Shown: piece by piece, positions 26,186-38,460 of the stretch | Position numbering within the stretch: position 1 is the stretch's first letter | How the letters are laid out: every line of letters starts with the position of its first letter | Assembly (NCBI RefSeq): GCF_018350175.1 | Contig: NC_058368.1 | Span: 109,494,001-109,558,000 of the forward strand | Direction: 5' to 3' | Length of the DNA stretch: 64,000 nt | Source of the DNA: Felis catus | Taxonomy: Eukaryota | Made by a program: the position numbers and the translations under genes | The notes under the pieces: generated by a model | Told to the model about the DNA's origin: nothing | Databases searched by the model: none | What the model saw: the letters and a program-made list of their open reading frames with translations, nothing else

Positions 26186-26314
26186 CAGACGCGCCTTGGG
26201 TGGCTTAGTTGGTTAAGCATCCCACTCTTGATTTTGGCTCAGGTCATAATCTCATGGTTTGTGAGTTCGAGCCCTGCATCAGGCTCCACACTGACCATGC
26301 AGAGCATGCTCAGG

Positions 26315-26360
<46 letters not shown>

Positions 26361-26814
26361 CTCCCCCGACTCTGTCTCTCAAAATAAATAAATACACTTT
26401 TTAAAAGTAAAAAAAAAAAAAAATCTGTTCTGATTCCAGGTCAGACACAGTTCATCTGACATAAAACAGTGCATTTTCCTGATAACTTGCAGAAATGGGA
26501 CCTTTAGAATTTGTTCTCGTTTGTTAAGCCCCTCCTGGAGTGGAGGGGAAGGACTGGCTTACTTCTCAGGACCTTGCTGGGCCATGCTAGTATGATTATA
26601 GATGGTTTATAGATGGCACTGACCAAACAGAGGTCATTCAGTCATTCGCGAAACAAAGCTTTACTGAGCACTTACTGAGTGCCAGGGGCATGAGGATAAG
26701 GCATGGTTACTGGCTGCCAGAGTTCACAGTCCAATGAGAGAAAACAAACATTATTGATTATAATAGTACACGGCCGAACGTGGCCGGCCACCCCTTTAAG
26801 AATCTGCCCTGAGC

Positions 26815-27030
26815 AGGGGCAGGCTCAGTTGGTCAAGCATCAGACTTTGGCTCAGGTCATGACCTCACCGTTCATGAATTTGAGACCCGTGTCGGGCTCT
26901 GTGCTGACAGCTCAGAGCTTGGATACTGCTTCGGATTCTGTGTCTCCATCTCTCTGGTCTCCCCCGCTTGCATTCTGTCTCTCTCTTTCTCTCTCTCTCT
27001 CTCAAAAATAAGTAAACATTAAAAAAAATT
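26815..27030 (+). mobile_element. CAN-SINE
   Basis: SINE body; TSD TTTAAGAATCTGCCCT. Confidence 0.9.
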
Positions 27031-28794
27031 TAAGAATCTGCCCTCAGCAAAGCAAAACACGTTGGGAGTCAAATAAACAGGCACAAGCAGCAGTATTATT
27101 AAGCCCAAATCCTGAGCCACCGGGTGCCAGTGACCTGCTCTGGTCTGTCACTGCCACCCTCCACCCTGTTCCCCATCTCTGACTCAATCTTCTAGCCGGC
27201 CTGTGTTTGGTCTTCTGTTGGTCTCCGGAACCCTGGGTCCCAGCTAACACCACTGTTCTTTCTCTCTGTGGCCGGGTGATCCCGCTGAAAGCCTGTTGGA
27301 GAATACCTGATGTCCCAACGTGGCTCCTGTCCTCGGGGTGTGTGCTTGGCCCTAGCTGATTCCACCCCAGCCCAGGCTTCCTAGGGGGACTCGTGGTACC
27401 CCTGCTGGGGACCCGGGGAGGGGGGGGCCGCGGGCGGGAGGGCGGGGGGACGATCCTGAGGAGGATGCAGGAGGGAGAAAGCTTCCCTGGGGATGACATT
27501 TGGGCTGAGGTTTACACACTAATTTGCTCTGGTCACAGCAGCGACAAACACAAAGGATCAGCCCACCCAAGGCAGAAACACTCTCTAGGAATGAAGCCAG
27601 GGCCTTGGGGAGTGACATGAACTCTTCCAGGCCTCTGCTGAGAGAATGACAGCAGGTCAACTCACATTACAAAAAACCCATCTGCTTTCTCGGCATGCTC
27701 CTGCACTGCCTGGAGTCGCATGACAGGGGAAAAAAGTATCACAAGACATGCTGCCTGACAGCACTATGTCCTGAGGTTTCCATGCAGCCCTCCCAGAGCT
27801 GCTTAGAAATTCTAAGCCTGCTCCCGGCCACCGCCCTGGCCCATTCCCCGCGCCACTGCTCCAAATATTAGTCACTCCCCCTCACTTCCATCCCCTCCAC
27901 ATTCAGCTGATACCCCTTGACCTCTTTTTTACAAAGAAAATCCATTCATTCAGTCAACAAACATTTCTAAAGGCCTACCATGTGCTGGAGTCGCAGGGTA
28001 AGTCCACTTTCCCTCACAGGAGAGCGAGATGCAGACAGAAATCCAGACAGGCAAGACACAGAGGCAAACAGGCTGTGCTCTAAGTGAAGCTGCTGGGCAT
28101 AGGTCAGCCTCCAGAGCCTTCACCCTGAGCCGTGCTCTCCACAACTCACCCGGCCCAACACCTGTCTGTGTCCAACAGTACTGCCGGGACCACCTTCCCT
28201 CTGGGCTCGCGGATGTAGTGCCCAGCTCTTCCTCCGGGCGTTCCCTGTTACCATGCCGGTAGTTCCTTCCTTTTCCCACAGTCCTAAACCTCTCCCTCCC
28301 CTCCTCCTTCCACCTTCTCATCATGGCGGGCACCTCCATCTAAATAAGCCTTGTCTTCACCCCCTGCCCCCTCACGGCCCCTTCTGATCTCTCTCCTTCC
28401 CCTCCCCATCCAATCTCTTGAAAGAGCAGTCGACTTTTCAACTCACTCATGTGTCTTGTCTCTTGTGTCAGTCTGTCCTGTGTCTCCACAAAGCCAAAGA
28501 AACTGTTCTTGTTGAGGCCACCAATGACCTCTCATTGGCCAAACCAGTGGCTTCTTTTCAGTTCGGGGCCTACTCCACCCACACCACACTAGGCTCCTGT
28601 TACTTTCTCTGTTATGGTATTCATACTCAGTGAGCAAAAGAGCCAAATGTATCCAAAGTTTAGAAAAAGAGTGGGAAACCAGTGTCCCAGCCTCCTACTC
28701 CACTCCCATGCATGTCTTTCCAGATATCTGTCCACACATAAACAAAAGTCAAATTTGTGTACATTTAGAGTTTGGATTTTAAAAAATAACAACA

Positions 28795-28989
28795 GGGCGC
28801 CTGGGTGGCTCAGTTGTTTAAGCATTCGGATCAGGTCATGATCCCATGGTTTCATAAGTTCAAGCCCCACGGCAGGCTCTGTGCTGACAGCACGGAGCCC
28901 GCTTGAGATTCTCCCTCTCTCCCTCTCTCTCTCTCTCTCTCTGCCCCTCCCCTGTCAAAATAAATAAATAAACACTAAAAAAAAAAAAA
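28795..28989 (+). mobile_element. CAN-SINE
   Basis: gggcgcctgggtggctcag head, (CT)n, A tail. Confidence 0.9.
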
Positions 28990-30848
28990 CATGAAAAACT
29001 ATACATCCCCCTGTACAAGCTCCTCCCCAAGCTCCACCTGATGTCTTACTCCTCTTCCCTTCTTTATTCTTTCCCCTTAGTGCTTGCCAGTTACACTTGC
29101 TATGCTAGCACTTGCTTCTGACATACTGCTGTATTTCATTTTTCATCTGTAATTTGTCATCTGTATTTGTCATCTAAATACTACTGTATTTCATTTTTCT
29201 AATTTGTCATCTGTCTTCCCCGCTGTATTGTGAACCCCACAAGGACAGGGATTTGCTCACTAATGAATCCCCGCAGCCTGGACAATCAGTAGGCCCTCAA
29301 AACATATTGGTTGAATAAAACCACTAGGTTCATTTCGCAAACACCATGCGTGCACTTCACTCCTCATCAGAATGTACAGCTCTTTTTGCTCCCTGTGTTC
29401 CAAGGAGACGGCCATGTCCCTACATCCTTATGTTCTGACACTCTTTCCTCCTTTGGCTTTCCTGACTCTCGTCCCGGCTCTCTGTCCACTCCTTCCTCTT
29501 CCCCTCCACCCGCCACTTCAGGACTGAGATTCCCCAGGGTTCTACCTGCTCCTGCTTGCTCTTCCACGCCTTCTCTCTAGATGGATCCACCCACACCCTC
29601 AAGTCGTCCACCATCTGGAAGCTCATGACTCCCACTGCTGCAGCCCAGGTGCCTCTCTTGAGCACCAGGGTCTCATCTGAAGCTACTTCCCACATGACCC
29701 ACAAACACCTCCTAACATAAAAACTCAATTTGTCCAAACTCAACTTGCACCTTCCCCTTCTTTAATCTTTCCTGTCTCAGGAAACAGCAGCACTGTTTTC
29801 CTCTTCTCACAAGACAGGCACTGTGGAGCCACTTTTGAACACTCACTGTCTTTCATCTCCTTCTGAAGGGCCACCAAATCCTAACTGTGTCCTCAGAAAC
29901 ATCTCCACGGCCGGGCTCACCTCTCCCTCCCTCCTGCCTCTGCCCTAGTCCAGCGCTTTTCTGTCTTCCCAGTCAGTCTCCCTGACATGGCTCCCTCCAG
30001 CCTGTCACCCACACTGCCACCTGATAGCTTCCTCTAAGCCCCGCTGGCCACTCATTAACTCCTAGCTACCCACAGAGAAGGTCTTTGAAGCAGGAGCATC
30101 GTGCTGCATGCGGCAGATGAGGTCCCGCCTTCAAGGGGCCCAGGGTGTGGAGACATGAACCGGACAGGTCATGAGAGCAGATGGAGATGTGGCAGTGGGG
30201 AAGGCAGAGAATGTGACGGGGGCCTGAGCTAGTGGAGGAGCCAAGGGACCACCCCGAGGAAGGGCTACAGACTGGAAGATGAGCAGGAGTCAACAGGCAC
30301 AAAATCTGTGCGGGTGGAGGTGGGGAAGGAGAAATATTCTGGGGTGAAGGAACAGAATGCAGAGCAAGCAAGACACCTTGCAGGCACTGAGAAGAGCCAG
30401 GGGTCAGGGAAGAGTGCTGAGGGACGAGGCTGAGGCTTCCAGTTCACGTTCACCTCCACGCTTTCCAAGAGCCCATTACAATAACTATAACAAAAATTTG
30501 TAAAATATATTCCTTTCTGCTCCCGTACAGAAGAGGAGGAGATATCGGCAAGATTTCAGATAAAGGATGTCAACATATTTCCACAAGGCAGCAAGCGGAA
30601 GGATGAATGTTTAGAGATGAAGCAGAGAAGGTGGAGCCCAGAATCCTCACACAGGGGACTGCATCCACCTGTCCACACACCCTCCCAGTGGCTGGACTCA
30701 GAGACCACAGACGCCACAGACAGCAGGCAGCAGAAGAGGAGCTAAAAGCCAGAGGGTAACTGGCCACCTGCATATTGAATACTTCCCCCTATTCACCTTC
30801 CCAAGCAAGTGTGGATCAAGGTTCATTGTAAAGGGCCCACATCATGGG

Positions 30849-31301
30849 GCAGGCACCTGGGTGGCTCAGTCGGTTAAGCGTCCCACTTCGGCTCAGGTCA
30901 TGATCTCGTGGTTTGTGAGTTGAAGCCCCGCATCGGGCTCTGTGCTGACAGCTCAGAGCCTGGAGCCTGCTTGGGATTCTGTGTCTCCCTCTCTCTGTTC
31001 CTCCCCTGCTTGCACTCTGTCTCTCTCTCTCTCTCCCAAAAATAAACATTTAAAAAAAATTTAAAAACAGGCCTGTCTAGATGTACCTTAGCCACATCCA
31101 GGGGCACCTGAGTGGCTCAAGTTGGTTAAGCGTCCAACTCTTGATCTTGGCTCAGGTCATGATCTCGAGGTTCATGAGTTCCAGCCCTGCATCAGGCTCT
31201 GCCCTGACTGTGCGGAGCCAGCTTGGAATTCTCTCTTTCTGCCCCTCCCTTTCTCTCTCTCCCTCAGAATAAACCTAAAAAACTAAAAGAAATAAATAAA
31301 A
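30849..31301 (+). mobile_element. Two tandem CAN-SINEs (about 30849-31060 and 31101-31301)
   Basis: Two SINE heads and A tails. Confidence 0.9.
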
Positions 31302-33158
31302 GATCCACACCTAGATATGTCATAGTGATATGTCAGAACTGCAAGGATAAAGAAAAGATCCTAAAACCTCCCTCAAATGAACAAAATAAAATAAAATAAG
31401 GCCCTATACACGAAAATGGCAGAATGGCACTAGACTTCTTAACAGCAACATTGGTTGCTTGGAAGAAAATGGACCATGTCTTCAAAGTTCTCACGGAAAA
31501 CTATTTTCTTTTTTTTTTTAATGTTTATTTGTTTATTTTGAGAGAGGGTGTGCGCAGGACTGAGGGGGGCAGGGAAGAGACAGAGGGAGAGAGAAGATCC
31601 CAAGCAGGCTCCGTGCTGCGCTAAACCCACAAACGTGAGATCATAACCTTAGCCAAAATCAAGAGTTGAATGCTCAACCCACTGAGCCACCCAGGCACCT
31701 TGCATGGAAAACTATTTTCACCCAAGAATTCTCTACCAAGCCAATCTGTCAATTCAGCCTAAGGGAGAACAAAGAGTTGTTCAGACATTTCAAAAGGTAC
31801 AAAGCTGACTTCATACTGAGTGTGGAAAAAAAAGAGATTTAAGATCCATGAAGTTAAGTAAAAATCCCTACTCTTCAATTTGATTTAGACGTTTTGGTGT
31901 GAATTCATGATATATTTTCTTTCTCTAAAAAATGCATTTCTAGGGGCACCTGGGTGGCTCAGTCCATTGAGCATCTGACTCTTGACTGCAGCTCAGGTCA
32001 TGCTCCCAGGGTCATGGGATCGACCTCTGTGTTGGCTCCACACTGAGCATGGAGCCTGCCTAAGATTCTTTCTCCCTCTGCCCCTCCACCACTCTCTCTC
32101 TCCAAAAATTAGTGAATAAATGAATTAAAAAATAAATATTCATTTCTAGCTCTACCTACTAAAAAGGTCTGAAAATATGACCAACCCAGTAACAATGAGA
32201 AATAGTTTATTACATGTCTAGGACAGGAAATATATAATATGAAACTGGAACATCCATCATTTCAGATACCAAGGAAGAAAAAGGCAAGAGTCTCAGGAGC
32301 CAACTGAACAAAGTTTGCACTGGCAAAAGAAGGGATGATGAGAACATCCATAAGGATAAAAACTGTAATGAATCGGAACACATCAAACATGCTTAGGTCC
32401 ATGACTAAAATTTTATAAGTTCACAGGTTGCCCTTGGGAGATGCTAGGGACTCATTATTCTGAAAAATGGTAAATAAAGGGAATTTATCCAACCTTTCCC
32501 ATAGGAACCTCAGAGTAACTGAATAGTAAATGAGGGGACCTATCTCTCCACTACAGAAGGAGTGACAGAATATCACCAGGTTGCCACCTGCGGTAATATA
32601 ATGCATGTAGGCGAGGATCACCAGTGGCTGCTCATGTCATTAGCAGAGAAACACGTAGACATACTGTGCATCTCTTTGGGAGTAAACAATACCACCTAAG
32701 AAAGTGCCTGCAAAATAATCAAACTTGAATCTGATCAAGACCCTAGATTTAATGACTAATTCACAGGAAGTACAGGAGATCAAAGACTGTGTCAAATGTC
32801 ACAACAGGAATGCAATCGCAAAATCCAGATTGTGGGAAATTTTACAAGAAAAACAAAACCGAAAAAACAATTCTCTTCAACAAATAAACTATAAGGGAAA
32901 AAAGAGGTGGAGGAACCATAGATTCAAAGACACTCAAGAGGCACATCAAACAAATGTAATTGGATCCAGTTCAAACAAGCAAACATTTATATACATCAGG
33001 GATATCTGAATACTGCTGGTGATTTGATGATACTAAGATTTTATAGCTATTTTTTAGGCGTGTTAATAGCATAGTGATTATGTTTTTTAAATGAGCCTGT
33101 ACCTTTTCCAGATATATTCTTTTTTGTAATGTTTATTTATTTTTGAGAGAGAGACAGA

Positions 33159-33211
<53 letters not shown>

Positions 33212-34700
33212 CATTAGTGGGGGAAGGGCAGAGAGAGAGGGAGACACAGAATCCGAAGCAGGCTCCAGGCTCTGAGCTGTCAGCACAGAGCCCGATGCGG
33301 GGCTCGAACTCACAAACCATGAGATCATGCCTCAAGTCGAAGTTGGACACTTAACAGACTGAGCCACCCAGGTGCCCCTATTCTTTTTTTTTTTTTTTAA
33401 GTTTACTTATTTACTTTGAGTGAGAGCTGGGGAGGGGCACAGAGGGACAGACAGGAAGACAGAATCCCAAGCAGGCTCCACACTGCCAGCACAGAGCCGG
33501 ACGCAGGGCTCAAACCCACAAACTGTGAGATCATGACCTGAGCTGAAATCTAGAGTCAAATGTTTTACCCAATGAGCCAAGGTGCCCCCAAGATATATTC
33601 TTACATATTTACTGGTGATGTGATACCTGGGACTTGATTTCCTTGAACATAACCTGGGGGTAGTGAGAAGTGGCTACTAATACAGGTGAAATAGAGATGG
33701 CCAAGAATTGGTAATTATTGGAAGTGATTGATGGGTATATAAGGGTTCATTGTATTATTTTCTCTTCTTTTATATGTGTTTGAAGTTTCCCATAACAACA
33801 ATGAAAAAAGGTAAATAAAAAAAAAATCATCCCCCAAGCATTCTTTCTTAGGAAATTACTTCATAGCATGCTTCAGCAGTTACTAAGAGAAAGATACGAC
33901 AGTCAGAAACAGTGCATCTAACTCAGTTAAAGGAAGTCCCAGGTTGAGAGCCCAGAGCTGTGCAGCAAGCTGGGGCGGTCACCCAGTGGGCATGACCAGA
34001 GATATGAGGTGGGGGTTGGGGAGAGGGGTTCATTAGAATAGGTAGTATGATTGATGGTTTGGGAAACTCACAGAACAGAAAGAAAGAAAAGACAATTACA
34101 TTTCCAGAAAACCCATAAAGTAGACAAGAAATGCCGAGTCAGACATGAAGCAAACTGAAACATAGCATAGATAGGAGCTGCACGGAACAGTTTTTGGTGA
34201 TTATCACAAAGTAAAAAACTTATTTTTTTACTTTTTAAAAATTTTTTTTAAGTTTTTTTTTTCTTTTTAAAATCAACTTGGAAAAAGCTTATGGGAGATT
34301 TCACTGTGTTTAAATGGAAAATAAACATCACAAAAATGCATAACGCATAAGGCACAGAATGGTTGGGTCAGGTAAGGTGGATAGTAGGCTGGGAACTCTA
34401 ATGGTCTCGTCTTACAGAGGGGGAAGATAGTGGTAAAACTGTTGAAGATTGATGAAGCAAGAAGTTAAGGTTTAAGTATACTTTTTGAGGTTTCAAAATA
34501 AGTCTGAGGAAGAGCTACAAATAGTCTGGTGACAGAGAAGAGAGACAAAGGTAATAGAAGTCAAAGATACTTTATATATACCCTTGCTATACTAGGATAT
34601 TCAAGATTGATAAACCAAGAAACCTCAGTATAAGAACAATATTTGGGGATATAGAGGTAACCACCAGAAGTACAAAACTCAGAACTGCTGGAAGAGTTTC
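31302..34700 (+). mobile_element. Old L1 remnants interrupted by CAN-SINEs (about 31505-31700 minus, 31943-32140 plus, 33119-33379 and 33382-33588 minus)
   Basis: L1 ORF1-like (gataaagaaaagatcctaaaa, gacttcttaacagcaaca) and 3'UTR-like (gggttcattgtattattttctc) phrases; SINE TSD GGAAAACTATTTTC. Confidence 0.65.
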
Positions 34701-34711
34701 CATAGGCGGGG

Positions 34712-34935
34712 GAGGCACCTGAATGTGTCAGTCAAGTGTCTGACTTTGGCTCAGGTCATGATCTCACAGTTTGTGAGTTCAAGCCCAGCGTTGGGCTCTG
34801 TGCTGGCAGCTCGGAGCCTGGTTTGGATTCTCTGTCTCTGTCTCTCTCTTTCTCTCTCTCTCTCTGCCCCTCCCCTGCTCACGCTGTCTCTCTCTCTCCC
34901 TCTCTCAAAAATGAATAAATAAACATTAAAAGAAA
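34712..34935 (+). mobile_element. CAN-SINE
   Basis: ggctcaggtcatgatctcac..gagttcaagccc, (CT)n, A tail. Confidence 0.9.
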
Positions 34936-35718
34936 AGAGAGACAGACAGAGTGTCTCTAGGAAGGAAGCCTGGGATGGGAAGGGCTTTGTTGGAGCACAA
35001 CTGCTTTCCATGATGAGCTCCTCTGTGCATGGAGTGCTTTGATCCGAAGCTCTACTATAGAGGGTCTTGTGAGCCACCTAAGATAGTTGACAGTTTTACG
35101 TAGACAACCAGGTGATATGATTAAATCTGTGTTCTAAATGGATCGCTCTGGCTGCAGGCAGAGAATGGAATGGAGGTGAGCCAGAATGGGAGTAAGGAGG
35201 ATGGGGTGTGAAGGGGTGGGGCTGGGGCAGGGCAGGAGAACAATTGTAGATGTCCCAGCTGGTGGGAATGGAGAGAGCTGGATGGATTCAAGAAGTAGCA
35301 AAGAGGGTTTGGGAGAACCACGTCCACTGCCCGGGTCTCTGCCAGCTGAGTGAGTGATGATCCCTTTTTATGAGCTGGAGATCCCTGGTGGGAAGGACAG
35401 GAGGGTTCGAGAAGAAGATAACCAGTTCAGTTTGGACATGTTCGGTTTGAGTCATCGAGGATGTGTGAGGCCTTTAATAGTCTGGCACCAACCACCCTCC
35501 CAACCTGTTTCTGCGCTCACCTACCGCCCCCTGCCATCCCCTCCCCTGTTCTCTTTTCACCCCGAGCTTCTTGCCATTCCACAAGAGCACTGTATGTCTT
35601 TGCTTCTGCAGATGCCTCTGCTGACAGTGCCTTCCTCTCCCTCCCTTCTCAGCCTGTGGAGTTGCTGGTCATGACTCGGCTCAAATCTCTTGTCTTCTCA
35701 GAAAGTTTTCAGATTTTA

Positions 35719-35937
35719 GGGATGCTCGGTCAGTTTAGCATCCGACTCTTGATTTCAGCCCAGGTCACAATATCACGCTTTTGTGAGCTGGAGCCCTGCA
35801 TTAGGCTCTGCACACTGACTCCAGGGCTCCTGCTTGGGATTTTCTCTCTCTCCCTCTAGCTCTGCCCCTCCCCCACACGCTCGCTCTCTGTCTCTTGCAA
35901 AATAAACTTAAAAAAAATAAAATAAAAAGGAAAAAGA
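35719..35937 (+). mobile_element. CAN-SINE (diverged)
   Basis: TSD AGAAAGTTTTCAGATT (35700-35715 / 35935-35950). Confidence 0.85.
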
Positions 35938-36615
35938 AAGTTTTCAGATTCTCCCAAGATGTGCTCCCTCCTCTGGGCACCCCCGTATGCTAAGAGATCT
36001 CTGTCTAGCCCTGAGCACATCCTCCCATAGATCTCTTTGTATGTGCCTGCTTTTCCTACCAGGCAATTTTATAGAGGATAGGAACTGTCCCCTAATATCC
36101 TTTCATGCTAGAAGTATGAAGATATTTCATCTTGTTTATCATCTGTCAGCTTGGTGATGACTACCTGGAATACCACTCTGCAGATGCTTCTGGACAGATG
36201 CGGGCAGCGCAAGGTGGTGGGCGCTCTGGGAAAGTCAAAGTCGGTCATGGCTGGAAGAGGAGCAGAGACCAGGAGTTCAGTGAATGAACTATCAAGAAAC
36301 ACTCCTCCCAAGTGGAGGAAAAGAGTCTCCTGGCCTGCCATCTCAACACTTCCAGTGCCTCCCAGAATGAGGAGCCTGCCTTGGGGTCTGGGTGCCTTTA
36401 CGCTACCCGGGAATTTTTGCTCCCAACATTTGATCTGCACACCAGGACTCTCCAACATGCAGCCACACCATGGGTTTTAGCTGAGACAAGCCTGGTCCGG
36501 GTCTCTTCACAGCCCTGGGTCATCTGAGCCCTATAGATCTGAGGAAAGCCACTTCAGGAGGGAACCTTCCAGTCCAGCAAGATTTGGATAAATCCCCCAT
36601 TTTTTTCTAACCTTC

Positions 36616-37316
36616 TATATTAGTTTTCCTGTAGCTACCATGACAAATTACCACAAACTGGACAGCTTAAAACAACAGAAATTTGTTTCCTCACAGGTCT
36701 GGAGACCAGAAACCCAAGATCAAGGCATCAGCAGGCTACACTCCCTCCAAAGTCATGAGGGGAGAATCCTTCCTTGCCTCTTCCAGCTTCTGGTGGCTCC
36801 AGGAGTGCCTTGGCTTCCCCGGCTATATCTTTCCCATCTCTGCCTCCGTCTTTACGTGGCCTTCTCCTTTTCTCTGACTTCTCTTCTGTGTCTTAGAAGG
36901 ACACGTGTCGGGGCACCTGGGTGGCTCAGTCCGTTGAGCGTCCGACTTCGGCTCAGGTCATGATCTCACTGTCCGTGAGTTCGAGCCCCGCATCAGGCTC
37001 TGGGCTGATGGCTCGGAGCCTGGAGCCTGCTTCCGATTCTGTGTCTCCCTCTCTCTCTGCCCCTCTCCCGTTCATGCTCTGTCTCTCTCTGTCTCAAAAA
37101 TAAATAAACGTTAAAAAAATTAAAAAAAAAAAAAAAAAGGACACATGTCATTGGATTTAGCATCCAGCGGATAATCAAGGTTGTTCTCATCTGGAGATCC
37201 TTAATTACATCTGCAAAGATCTTTTTTCCAGATAAGGTCCCTTTCACAGGACATAGACATTTCATTTTCTGGGACACAGACTTATCTTTTGGGGGGCCAC
37301 CATTCAACCCCCTACA
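36616..37316 (-). mobile_element. MaLR solo LTR (MLT1B/C-like) with a nested young CAN-SINE (36910-37138, plus)
   Basis: tattagttttcct..acaaattaccacaaactg..cttaaaacaacagaaatt ... ggggccaccattcaacccctaca; SINE TSD aaggacac(g/a)tgtc. Confidence 0.85.
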
Positions 37317-38255
37317 CCTTCTGAATGGAAAAATGACAAATAAGACACAGGATTTGTTAACGTTGAGACATAAACAATTTCTCTTAATGGGGACATAAAC
37401 GATGTTCTTTAAAATTTTAAACAGAATAGTGAACAACTATCACAAAGAAGCAGCAGCAAAAAAACCCAATCCTAACCAACAACATTAACGTGATTGTTTT
37501 TGTCTTCCCTGTCACAGTCACACAGAAGGCTCTGTGCAGACTGTGGCCTTATTGTCTCTCCCCTGGAAAGTTTCTAAGGCCCAGTATGTTGAGCTCTGAG
37601 GACAGTAGAACATTGTGATACTTTGCCAAAATTTTCCAGCTAAAAAAGAAAGGATTATTTTTCCCAGGAAATTCGGTCGCCATCGCTAAAGAAAAGAAAA
37701 ATCGGGAAAGGAAGGAGAGAGGAAAGAACGCAGTGCTGAGCTGCAGCCTTCAGCCTTTTTCTGAGAGAAACCTTCAATTGCTTGTGTTTCAGAGACTGGA
37801 TGGCGAAGTGGAACCCTTCCTCTGGTTGACCGCCACCAAGTACTTCTGTGTATTTGTCCCTTGCTCTTGCTCTAGACATCGCATCTGGAACCCAAGCCTG
37901 CAGGGTTAGTGTAGCTTCTGCCGGTAGCCTTGCCAAGCTCACCTCCATTCCATCAATATCTGAGAAGGTCACCAGAAGTCTACATGCAGAAAAGTCCAAA
38001 AGAAGCAGTCCTCTCATGACCTCACTCCTTGCTTCTGCAACCAGGGGCCTCTTGCACCAAGGTAACCTACCATAGCAGGTCCAAGTTGGTTACCCCCAAG
38101 CGAGAGTCAGCTATGCGGACAGAGCATCTATTCCCATTTTGAAAAGGAACAATCAAAGTGATGAGAGTCACCGTCATGGGGCAAATTGTTACTGTTTCAC
38201 CATTATCAATAGCTGTTGAACATACTGAATAGCCAGCCGTTCAATAGTTATTGAT

Positions 38256-38460
38256 GGGGACGCCTGGGTGGCTCAGTCGGTTAAGCATTCGACTCCGGTT
38301 CAGGTCGTGATCTCACAGTTTGTGAGATCCAGCCCCACATCGGGGTCCGTGCTGACAGCTTGGAGCTGGAACCTGCTTCAGATTCTGTGTCTCCCTCTCG
38401 GCTCCTCCCCCGCTTATACTGCCTCTGTCTCTCAAAAATAAACCAAAAAAAAAAAAATTT
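38256..38460 (+). mobile_element. CAN-SINE
   Basis: TSD AATAGTTATTGATG. Confidence 0.9.

Noticed and set aside
29120..29215. Imperfect local duplication (tactgtatttcatttttc...atttgtcatctgt)
   Set aside because: Slippage-type duplication inside an old L2-like remnant; no spacer/repeat array structure, not CRISPR-like
36108..38075. 109-120-aa ORFs in unique-looking intergenic DNA as a possible pseudogene
   Set aside because: No recognisable homology, no poly(A)/TSD signature; a tblastx search would be needed to revive the idea
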